Shown: positions 36,531 to 47,458 of the stretch, one piece after another
How positions within the stretch are numbered: position 1 is the stretch's first letter
Layout: each line of letters starts with the position of its first letter
Source of the DNA: Massalongia carnosa
Lineage: Eukaryota
Direction of reading: 5' to 3'
NCBI GenBank assembly: GCA_965645245.1
Contig: OZ287088.1
Coordinates: forward strand, 930,001 to 994,000
DNA: 64,000 nucleotides
Notes under the pieces: model-generated
Told to the model about the DNA's origin: nothing
What the model saw: the letters and a program-made list of their open reading frames with translations, nothing else
Databases searched by the model: none
Program-made: the position numbers and the translations under genes

Positions 36531-38579
36531 TTACAAGATCAGGTCAGTTGCTCGGGTCCTTGGAGTGCGATTTATTTTCCGCTGTTGTCTACCCATCATG
36601 CATGGGCCGCATACTTCTTCTGGTATGGGTCCTTCGATGGTGACTCCATTGGCTAAGTGATTTAGTTTTAGGAGGTTTGGATAGCTGAGGTGGCCGAGTC
36701 GTATTTGAATAGGGGACTTTGCAGAATTTGTGGTGATGAGGGCCCGTGCACCGATAGGGCTGATGGTGGTTTCCAAAATATATTGATTATTTATCGTTTT
36801 GGCCAGTCCAATCACCTTTCCTTTGTGCACTAATTATGCGGGCTGCTCGTCCGCCATCAGGTATGTTGCTATGCCTTTCAATGGTGCTGATGAGGTTAAA
36901 TTTTAGGCGTGGGGAGTATAGGACATCGGTCAGAATGAGGTCAGTTTGACTCCCATTGCCATTGTCCAGCGGGATAAGCAGAGAGCCTATGCCCTCTGTT
37001 GGTAATACTTCTCCGGACCCTGTCTCTAGAAAGTTGTACTCGCTCCGAAAGGTTCCTTCTAGAAAGAAGTCCTTGTTGCAGAGAATATGTGAGGTTGCAC
37101 CGGAGTCGAGTAACAAGCTTTGGGGACGTTGGGGGCTTTGGGACGGTTTTGCCATACAAATAAGCGGTGTTTCCTGGGTACTTTTCCCGGAACATTCCCT
37201 TATCATACAGACTATTTGTGGCTTTGAGGCTTCATGCCCCCCTTCCTCGCAAACGCTTTCTAAATGGCCTACTTTACCACATGTTTTGCATTTGGAGTCG
37301 ATATACCTGCATGTTCCGGGGTGAAACTTCCCGCAACAGTTGCATTTGGTCTTACCCTCTCCGGACCTTGCTCCGGAGGGGTGCTTTTTGTTGTTAGTCT
37401 TCCCTTTTGTCTTTAGCACATTGGCTGTGGCAATGGGGTCCTGGCGCATGCGAGCTTCCTCGTCCTCCAGGTTTTTCAACAAAGTATCCAGCGCAGGGAA
37501 TTTATCCTCACGCCGGGCTTGCTCGTTCGTTATTGTAAGATAGGTGCTGAACGAGTTTCCTAGTCCATTCAGGAGCCTGAGCACAACTATTTGTTCGACA
37601 GTCAGGGCCATGTCGGTGATCTCGGCCTTGATGTCCCTGACAAGGCTTCCGTATTCTTCGATGGACTTGCACTATTCATATTTTATCTCCTCTAGCCGAT
37701 TGAAGGTGCTCCATTTGGCACTCCGATTCTTTAGAGTGTACCGGGTTTCTAGATGTTCCCAAAGATCTTTTGGGTCCCAGACTGCTCCATTAGCTAGGTG
37801 TCTCATGGACAGGAATTCTTGCTGCACGTCGTCCGTGCACATCTTTCCTATCTTACCAACTACCCTGCTTTATTTCTCCGAGAACTCTAGTCGTTCAAGG
37901 TCCCTTTGGTCTCTTTTGTCGAGTTGTTCTTCTGTTTCTGATGTTTCCTCCGGAGGGTCTCCCTCTTTCTCACTAGGTTTATTAGGTGGAAAGGGAATCT
38001 CTCTCGGGGCATTTTCCGAGCACCAGTCACATAACTCCAGAGTTCCGCTTCCTGCAGGGCGAAGGCCATGTCTCTAGACCATTTCTTATAGTTACCACTC
38101 CCCATGAGTTTGGGGAATGTGTACAGACTCTCTCCTTTAGCCATGCCAGAGAAAGTGGTGTAGAAGCAGGGAAGGGTCTCCCGGTATGGAGGGGACACTA
38201 GCAGGGAATATATATATATATTGAAGGATGGGGCAGATGGAGAGGTGGAGGTATGTTTTGACAATCAATGTGGGGGCTTATTCGACGAAGTGGAATTGAG
38301 CCGGGCTCATAACCTGATGAATAGTAAAATTCACGTGTAGGTATAATAATAGCATGATTGTCATTGAAGGTAATTATCTATGTGGGCTATCTACCTGATT
38401 TTATAGCAGTCACATAACAGTAATGCTGTAGGCCTCCCATAGCTGCCTGTTAGGCACCTCCATAACTGCCTATTAGGCACCTCTTATAGATGCCTGGCAG
38501 GCACCCGTGGGACTCACGATGGATGCCTATATTGATGGTAGCCTAACCATCTAACCGATGGTAGCCTCACCATTTAACA
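36531..38579 (-). mobile_element. 3'-truncated Ty1/Copia retrotransposon 3; 5' LTR 38315-38579
   Basis: LTR TG..CA with ~22-bp internal repeats; PBS GGTTATGAGCCC (38303-38314); gag MAKGESLYTFPKLMGSGNYKKWSRDM related to Copia 2; LLDSGATSH; ends inside the integrase N-terminus. Confidence 0.9.
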
Positions 38580-39399
38580 CGCGTGAGTCTTCACGTAGGC
38601 GTTCTTGAAAGAGATGTTCTCTCGCATGTGCATTTCCTCCATAAACCGGGGGGGGGGGGGTTTTTTGGCTTTCTTTGAGCGACGATGCATGGAACGAACA
38701 ACTCGTGATGCAGAATGAAGATGCTGAATGAAGTTAGATAATGCCGTAACTAGTTAAGCTTCTTGAAACATGCTTCACGACGGAAGAAATGCAATGACTT
38801 CGACAATAGATATTATTGTCTCTCTCTCGCTGACTGATACAATGAACATCACCGGCCTGCCTAGTTTGTGATGCGGAAAACTTTTGTTTCCGAGATTTGA
38901 TGTTATTCTATTATCAGTGGAAGGGATGGTTAATTAGTCGGACCCGACTATCGAATGCACGTCACAGTTTCAAGGCGGGAGTGGTCGTCTCGTCGATTAT
39001 GTTCTGTTAGAAGTTTGTCTCGTTAAAACTTTCAAACTCGGCCCGACAAACGGGTTTAAACATCGGATGATTTTATCAATCTAAGTACAAAAACCTTGAT
39101 GTTGTTCTTGCGCAATACATTTTCCACTTTGTCAGTAATCTTTAGAAACTTAAACGCCAGCCTCATTATTCAAAGAGATTGCCATCAATGCTTCATCACA
39201 ACGGATCTTGTTATCTTATTCGCATCCTCCTTCCTGCAACAAATTCCAGATCCGACACATCGAGAGAAAAAAAAGGAGCTTGAAAGTAGGCTACTAGCGA
39301 TGGAAAGACCCAACGGTTGAGTATCAACTATTGTAAGCGCTGTTGCAGTATTTGTGGAAATCATCCGATAACGCCACGCAGTTGGATTTGTGGAGTCGT

Positions 39400-41406
39400 T
39401 CACTGCAAAGCTCTATACGGAGGTTGCTCTGTGGGTAAGTAGGGGGACGATTCCCACCAATTTGATTCATTGCCGCTCCTCCCCGCCTGCTCGAGTTTTT
39501 TGCGGACGATCTCCAATGTCCTGGTCCCGACACAGCTTTCTTCGTCTTGACGAGATAAATTGTCGTTCGCTGCTTTGGCCTGGGCATACTGGATTCGGGC
39601 TTCCTGCCATCTACCAAGCCAGGTATTGTGAAGAGCCATCTCCGCAAAACCGCTGATTCCAAGTGTTTGATTCATTTCAAGAGCCGCGTCAAGATCGAGG
39701 TATATTTGAACGAAGAGCTCACTTGCTATCGGGTATCTGCTCAATCGAGAGTTGATGACAGCTAGACTAAGGACTCCGCCTACTATATCTGACCTTTCAA
39801 TTTGGTCTTGAGGTAAAGCCCTTTGTAGTATTAGTCCGAGCTTATCGAGTAATGACTCTCGACCCGAGAATTCCCCAATTCCTGCGTTATGATGTTGTAA
39901 AATACCCAATGTTTTAATGCATATATCAAGATCAATGCATTTGTCAAGATCAATGCATTTGTCACGATATAAACTGTTGGTTCGGGTAAATCCGTCTAGT
40001 ACCTGAACAAGAAAAATCTTCGCTTCCTCCCATCTATCCTGGAAGTGTAATAAATCCCCTAGATGAAAAAGAGATAAGGTTAATCGAGTTTGATTATTAT
40101 GTAATGGGCACCCTTGAATATTGTTGGGAGTTTGGTTATCAAGTAATCGGTACTCTTGAATAACTTGGCGAAGAAACGATTCCGCTTGATCAAGTTTGTT
40201 ATGGTTAAGACAGATCACAGCAAGACGATGCGTCGCTTCCAATGCCTTAGCTGAGTGGTCCGGCTCGTGTTGGGATAGTAGACGCGAAATCACAACCTCG
40301 ATATCCTCAAGCCTTTCTTGCTTGGAATAAACATCTATGAGGCCCTGAATAGATGTCATAGTAGAAGCATGAGAGGATCCAAAAAGCTTCGAGCAGGTTG
40401 CGACTACTTCGTTATATTCACTCTCAGCTTGCGATAACTGGTTTTTTCGCAAGTGGAGGGAAGCAATTTTGGAAAGCGCGTCCATAGTGTACTCATGAGT
40501 CCGTCCCAGCAAGGAGCTGTATCCCTGTAGCACTTGAGCGAAAAGTGGCTCGGCGTCGTCGAATAAGTTTTCTTCCTCCTTCTCTTCCGCTTCATGAAGG
40601 ATTTTATCTAACGCTCTCTTGTTCAGGCCGTTCCACGTTAAGCAAAGAATGTCTGGTGTGGAAGACGCAGGATGAGCTGTAGCACTAGAAGCGTTATTCT
40701 CGAAGGCATCCAATTCTTGAAGCGAAGATGATGTGCCAAGGGATAAGGCCGGTTCCCCAGTGAGGTCCATGTCGTGATCTGATAAAGCGTTATGGACTTG
40801 CGTAACGCTAACGGTCTCCATTTCTTCTGGGCTTGGGGGCTGTCCAGTAATGGGTGTCTTGTGTGGCGTTTTATAACTGATGTGACCTGGCGTGTCTGAC
40901 ACAGTATGCGTAAGGATTTGGCATCCACACAATGCCCAAACCGAGAACTCACCAGCGGGAGTGGATGAAATATCACTCTCGGCCACATGTTTTCTCTTTT
41001 GATATCGTTGCACCTTCTCCGGAGGAACAACGCGTCCTCCGACCGTGAAGATTGTAGCTTTGTTCTCCTCGGCTTTGCGTTTTTTCTCTTTCTTCATAAT
41101 AATCCGCATGTCCGATTCCTGAACATTTTTCGTCATGCCCCAGGCTTTGAATTTGTCCTTGTACTGTCTTTCACTAGGAATTCAAGGCTTAGCATCTTCA
41201 GCATGTTCAGATATATGGACGCCATGTCAACAATACCTGGCATGAAACCCATGTTCCTCTTGCATGATCATCATCGTCTCTGATAAGCTTTTGTCCTCTT
41301 CAATATACAGATGACGTATGATAAGGTGATGTTTGTTCCACTCTCGAGGGCTGATACGGCGTCGACGACCGGGAGTGGATTGCCCAGAATATGAATGTTG
41401 CTCCAT
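39400..41406 (-). CDS. Clr5-domain + TPR-repeat protein; exons 41406-41237, 41173-40953, 40895-39400
   Basis: EWNKHHLIIRHLYIEEDKSLSETMMIMQEEHGFHA|SERQYKDKFKAWGMTKN (Clr5); introns 41174-41236 and 40896-40952; TPR-like AEPLFAQVLQGYSSLLGRTHEYT. Confidence 0.87.
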
Positions 41407-41974
41407 GACTAAGGATGCGGTCGTGACAAGTGATTGAACCAAGTTGACAGAGCTTAGGCAAGCTTCTTACCAAGAAAGTTGTGGAAGATACGGAAAGCTC
41501 TGAACGAGTTGCGGAGATATTCATGGTTCTTATATTCCGATGAAGCTTCTGCAGCAAGAGTTAGATATTTGTTGCCCATCCAATCATGTTTCTAACGGTG
41601 TGTGGCGTTCATTCTGCAGCTTTGTTCATGCAATGGTCATGAGAGCGCAACGTCCCCAAAAGTCCTCAAAAGTCCATCTGTCACAACGACGAATCAGACA
41701 CAAGATCGTTCTCCGAACACAAGGCTACTACATTACGCTTCTGGTAAGGAGGCCATGCAACTTGTCGTTCATTGGATGAACAAAAGACCATTCCAAAGGT
41801 GACATTCGAAACAAAGTATCGGTGGTAGATACAGCTAGAGGAAAGAGAGATGGCTGTCGGTCCACCAATTGCGGGCCCTCGGTTTCAAGAACTGCATTTC
41901 CAAGAATATTGGGGCGGGTGCACGCGGGGATCACCCTGGACAAAAGTTTCCGCGACCCCACCTACCCCACCATC

Positions 41975-42066
41975 ATCTTTTTTTAAAATTATTCCCACCC
42001 TTGTCTAGTGGCGGAAGCTAATGCAAGCTAAAATACGCTAGCCAGGACTTCTTGTGTCATCCTCCG
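41975..42066 (-). mobile_element. Orphan left end of the Tc1 family found at 43485-45177
   Basis: Diverged reverse complement of 43485-43575; ends CATCCTCCG|TA. Confidence 0.85.
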
Positions 42067-42298
42067 TATATCGGAATCTTTTTCTTTTTCTTTTTCCACT
42101 TTTCATTGAACATGCGAAAGACCCAATCGTGACGTTTTCCTGTGCCTCGCTCTATCGAACATTCGTCGTTTCAAATGTACAGCTTTCATTCGTCACCAGT
42201 CCCCAAGCTCCCAGTAACTACGGCGGACGGTAAATTCCAAACCGCCATAACGAAAATTTGAAACTGTCAATCGCGACCTCGCACCTTACAAGTTAAAA

Positions 42299-43305
42299 AT
42301 GCCTCCACGATTTATTGGTTTGGAAGCATACAAACTGTATGTTACAGGTTTGATACAACAAAAACATACAGTCTTAGAAATAAGACAACTTTGGTCTCAA
42401 AATCATTCTGTACGGGTCAGTAGAAGAACTCTGGAACGACGTTTGAAAAGCTGGAATCTTGGCACACATGTTATAACTTCACCGCTGATCTTAGATTAAA
42501 GATGTTGCTCTTGCGTACGAGTCTTGCTTCAATGATACAGACACACTACATGCTCTTGTGCAAGAAGGTTTTACTAATGCACCACGAGCTTTATGTTGGT
42601 CAGGTTGGGTTCTGGAATGATCAACCAGCTTTCTCTAAGATTCTCCACACAGTAAATAAGGTGAGAGACAGACTGAAAATAGGCTTAAACTATGTAATGA
42701 CTGGCTAGCTAATTTACAGAGAGAAGATACAGCTATTATATAGAAGTTGAGACAATTCCTCCTATTTGCAATGACTCCTCCGAGCTCATCGTATACCTAT
42801 GATTAGTAATGTCCAGCTTACTCTCTGACTCAGATTGCGTATCTCGATACTTGCTTGAGCCTTCATAGCTAAGCGCTTGATAATGAATGTAGCGTTGATA
42901 CTAATCAATCAAGAGGCAACGGCTCAGTTCAGGATACGATTACCTAATTAGGCATAGACTTAATGCCGTGGTGGATGAGGCGGATGAGGCGAAAAGCACG
43001 TTGAATGAGGTCATGTCAACAACTCGTCAATTAGCAACAGTATGGACCGTTTCAGCCTCGTCAGCGTCATCTATACCTAACTGCCGACGACCCCTCTTGG
43101 GACGTTCTAGACGCAGCGGTGTTACCAAGTCGACCCCCACTTGCGAGATTAAAGGCAACACTTTACAACGAATTCGAAAATCCATGAGCATATACAAACG
43201 AGTGTCTATTGTCAATAAAGCGGAAGCGGACGCTGAAGCAGAAAGACTGGTGCGTCAGGAACTGGATTCAGGAGTTATGGATGGATTCGGACGTGGACAT
43301 TTATC
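42299..43305 (+). pseudogene. N-terminal fragment of a Clr5/HTH + integrase-core-type TE-like protein, split by a solo LTR
   Basis: MPPRFIGLEAYK..VSRRTLERRLKSWNL..LVQEGFTNAPRAL|QRIRKSM..ELDSGVMDGFGRGHL rejoins in frame when the LTR is removed. Confidence 0.6.
42594..43160. mobile_element. Solo LTR (567 bp) with TSD CTTTA
   Basis: CTTTA|TGTTGG...GGCAACA|CTTTA. Confidence 0.92.
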
Positions 43306-43484
43306 GAGATGTTTAGGGAGATGCTTAGGGACAGTCCCCCCCGACCGTCCTCTGTGTAAATCTTTGCTAGTAAACAGCCATTTCACTGCTCATCCAGGGT
43401 GCGAACAAGCTAGTAATGCAACTGCCAACAGCACATTAAACTCTTTTCGGTTTAAATCGTATGACGTGTTATTGCTACACAGTA

Positions 43485-45177
43485 CAGAGGATGACATAGG
43501 AAGTTCTGGCTAGCGTATTTTAGCTTGCATTAGCTTCCGTCACTAGACAAGGGGGTGGTAAAATTTTTAAAAAAAGGAGGTTCTCCAGGCATCAAGAGAT
43601 AAAATGCTTCAATATTTGTAATTTATAGTTGATTTTAGTTGATATTTTGTAGCTATCATCATCATGACTCGTCCTCAAGATAACACACTGACTCTCGCTC
43701 AAAGACTTCAGGCTTTGACTCTCGTAGAGCATGGAGTATCAGCCAAAAGAGTAGAGGAAATCACTGAAGTCTCGACGAGATCTATCAGTCATATCAAGAA
43801 GAAAGCAAGAAGCAGAGGATATGATCCCGAGATCTCACGAGTCTTGAAGATGGGATATGTAGAAGATGCACCTCGTTCAGGCCAACCTTCTAAAGTAACA
43901 CCTGCATTGGAGGAGGCTATATTGACTGATGTACGCAAAAGATCGAAACGGAAGGAGAAGTCTTCAGCTATGCTGGCTTTGATCATGAGCTGAGTTCTTC
44001 CACTATTTTGAAGGTTCTTAAAAAGAATGGATTTCGAGCCTGTAAATCAACGAAAAAGCCTGGCCTTAATTCGATCATGAAGGAAGCACGTCTGAAATTT
44101 TGCATTGATCATCAGCATTGGACTCTTGAAGACTGGAAGAACGTCATCTAGAGTGACGAGACGAGCGTGATGCTGAATGCAGTAAGAGGAAGAAGACTGC
44201 AATGGAGAACCTCGAAAGAAATGAATGAAATAACATGCATTCGTCGTCGATGGAAAGGACACTTAGAGTTCATGTTTTGGGGGTGTTTCTCGTACGATAA
44301 AAAAGGTCCTTTTCATCTCTGGAAGACTGAGTCTGCAAAAGAAAAGAAGACAGCTGAGGAAGAGCTGAAGCTTCTCAATAAGAGGTTGGAATCAGAGGCG
44401 AAGCTCAATTGGGAGTTAGAAAATGGAATGAGACGAATGAGACTAAGAAATTCAGGAGGACGACAGCCTCGATGGATATGGGATCAAAAACATGGAAAGA
44501 TCGTGCGAGATAATAAAAAGGGAGGAATTGACTGGTATCGCTATCAAAAGAATATTTTGATAGACAAACTTCTTCCATTCGCTACCTAATGCATGAAAGA
44601 TCGTCCAAACACGGTGGTTCAAGAAGATATGGCCCCCTGTCATACCTCCAAACATCAGGATGTGGTGTTTATGGACTTTCGAGTGCTTCGATTTTTGTGG
44701 CCTGGCAACTCACCTGATCTCAACATGATTGAACCATGCTGGCCTTGGATGAAAAGACGTACGACCCTCCTCGGAGCTCCACGAAGCAGACGGGAGGCCG
44801 AAGTAGCATGGAATGAATGTTGGGACGAGCTATCGCAGGAGCAAATACAAAGCTGGATAGAGAGAATGCCTCGTCACATACAGACTGTCATTGAGTTAGA
44901 AGGAGGAAACGAGTACAGAGAAGGAAGAACAGGAGGAATGGTACGACCTTACGATGCTGAGGAGCGGCGCAGTCGATATCTGCGTTCAAAGAGAGGTCCT
45001 ACTGAAGATGAGGAGGAGTGGGCCAATGTAGACTGATGAGGAGGTGGATAAGAAGGTAAAAAAGGAATAAATAAAGGAGTAAATAAAGGAGTTTATCTTC
45101 CTAGGGCTGAGCCCCTTGTAGGTGGCTTATTTAGCGTGCATATTAGCGTCAGCCAGAACTTCCTGTGTCATCCTCCG
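43485..45177 (+). mobile_element. Tc1-like DD34E transposon, ~26-bp TIRs, TA TSD; transposase 43664-45036 disrupted
   Basis: TA|CAGAGGATGACATAGGAAGTTCTGGC...GCCAGAACTTCCTGTGTCATCCTCCG|TA; DAPRSGQP, *SDETS, QED-34 aa-E (WPGNSPDLNMIE). Confidence 0.93.
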
Positions 45178-45249
45178 TACACATCTCATTCGCAGGATTA
45201 TCTAATAAATTTCTATCAACATCGAGAAATTCAATTTGTGCATGCATAT

Positions 45250-45745
45250 ACTACTAAAGCTAGTAATGCACATTGAAACGTGGCATTTGACTTTCGAAAT
45301 AAGGTCAATTCCGGCTCTTGCTGACTTTGAATGTGATCTGTTACTGCTTGTCGCAGTAGTAAATACGCCACGTATTGCGTACGATCTTGTGATTGATTAT
45401 GAAAAGCATCTGCTGCAGTGATAGTGTTGATGTCAATGTCAAGTCCTTGCATGATTTCTTGAATCCATTGCAAGGTTGTCCCAGGAAGATATTCATCAAT
45501 GGCTGTAACATCATTAGTCTCGTACGTGAAATGTTGAAGTCATAACATGCTTACGCCATTCTACCACGTCGTCTTGCAAGATTTGTAACAATTCCGCATT
45601 TGGCTGAAGGCGATGATCTTCTATTCCTTCAGCGGGATAATTGTACAATCTGACAGGTTGACCAGATAAAGAATTGGGTCGCTGATGCTGTTTGCGCATC
45701 CTACATTCCACAATCGTTCGAATCTAAAGAGATCTCTCGCCGAAT
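45250..45745 (-). pseudogene. C-terminal fragment of the same Clr5/integrase-core-type family
   Basis: RLWNV/RMRKQHQRPNSLSGQPVRLYNYP..DDVVEW [intron] ..DEYLPGTTLQW..QEPELTL; family recognition from memory. Confidence 0.5.
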
Positions 45746-45758
45746 GATAGTTAGTAAC

Positions 45759-46530
45759 TACGAGACAGTGCCATCTCAGACCTGAGATGTTTCGAATGAA
45801 AAAATCTAATTTACTACTACTTTTCATTTACTTACTATTTGGCTTGCTATTTTTTCATGCGAATCTCAAAATATCTCTGATTTCTGCTCCGGATATGCTT
45901 CGCTTCGCTCCGCAACGGCCTACGCTATCTCCTCCTTGGCACCCGCCAAAGCATCTGTCAAAGCATCTTCCAAATAGTCTCCCAGATAGCCTCCGCTGAT
46001 TTTTATAAGGCCCGACATCTAGCCCCTATATAGCCTTTCAAATAGTCTCCGCTGCTTTTCAAATAGTCTCCCAGATAGCCTCCCAAAAGCCTCCCAAAAG
46101 CCTCCCAAAAAGCCTTTCAAATAGCCTCCCCAAATAGCCTTTCAATTATCTTCCAAGTATCTCTCAAATATCTCCCAAATAGTCTCACAAATATTCCCCC
46201 AAATAGCTATCAAATAGCCTCCCAAATAGTCTCCGCTGCTTTTCAGATAGTATCTCAAATAGCCTTGCATAAAGCCTCGCATAAAGCTTCCCAAATAGCC
46301 TCCCAGATAATCTTCACCGCTTTCAAATAGTCTTCCAAATAGCCTCCCAAATAGCCTTCCAGATATTCTGCTTAGCTATCAAATAATATCCCAAATAGCC
46401 TCCCAAATAGCTTTCCAATTAGCCTCCCAAATAGTCTCCCAGCTAATCTCCGCTGCTTTTCAAATAGCCTTTCAAATAGTCTCCCAAATAGTTTCCCAAA
46501 TAGCTATCAGATAGCCTCTTGAATAGCCTC
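45759..46530. repeat. Unclassified element end with ~12-mer array (AAATAGCCTCCC-like), copy 1
   Basis: Begins TACGAGACAGTGCCATCTCAGACCTGAGATG; ~200 bp unique sequence, then a degenerate array; colinear with 57222-58101. Confidence 0.9.
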
Positions 46531-47261
46531 AATATCTATCTCCCTCGTTATCAATTTTCTTTTTCCGCCGCTTTTCGCATAGCTTCTTTAGCTTTTTGGT
46601 CTCGTGCATCTTGAATTCGTCTATTTTCTCGAAGCTGTCGATAATGAGACACTCTAGAAGCGTAAAATTAATCGACTCCGTTTTCTCTCTTCCAACCCGA
46701 TTTTCTATTATATGTCGTTTGACGTGAATATAAGCCCGTCCGTCTCGAGTCTTATCTATATCATCGTTTATTTTTTTCGTCAAAGTATCTTCCGTTAATA
46801 TTCCTGTATCGAGTTCACGTTGATATTCAGCGGTGAAAGGAGCTGCGATGAAAAGGCTAGGATGAAAAGAGCTGCGATGATAGGTAAATAACACGAAAAG
46901 CACCGTAAACCCAATCGAGTCCGCGTTAAATCTCTTATGGACGATTTCAAAGAAAATCTGATGCTTCGCAAAGAGACCTCCTCCCCCCACCGCAAACGGG
47001 CGAAAAAGCACGCAAGTTTCGAGATATCGACTATGGTTGATGTGATTATTAGGTCTGCAAAGTTTTACGATATCATACGATGAAATGTATGCTCGCAATG
47101 AGGTGCCTCTTTTTGGTCCTTTCCGTACGGCGTCCTCTCCGCATTATTTGATAACTCAGTACTGTTCCGCAAGCCGTTCCCTTTTTCAGGTTAAACCTGA
47201 CCGCATGAGGTTGGATCTAACCGAATGAGGTAGTGTTGCCCAAAGTAGCAGGGGAACTCTT

Positions 47262-47428
47262 TCAGTAATATATAGATTAGTCTCCATGCATTGTCTTTGT
47301 TTTTTTTTGAGACGGAGGCGATAAGGGCACTCATTGAACGAAACTTTGGTATTGGCTCGCACCCGGTCTTCCTCTACTTTTCTGGTGTTTCTAACTCTTT
47401 TGTGATGGCGTGTGTAGTCTAATACGAT
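47262..47428 (-). pseudogene. MULE transposase FAR1-like fragment (downstream half)
   Basis: IVLDYTRHHKRVRNTRKVEEDRVRANTKVSFNECPYRLRL..AWRLIY; continues in frame from 56633. Confidence 0.7.
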
Positions 47429-47458
47429 TAAACGCACCAGCTTGCTGGCTATTGAAGT

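Noticed and set aside
29789..38660. Programmed frameshifting at poly-G/C runs (29789, 32809, 38647)
   Set aside because: Homopolymer indels are more simply sequencing error or decay; cannot be distinguished without reads.
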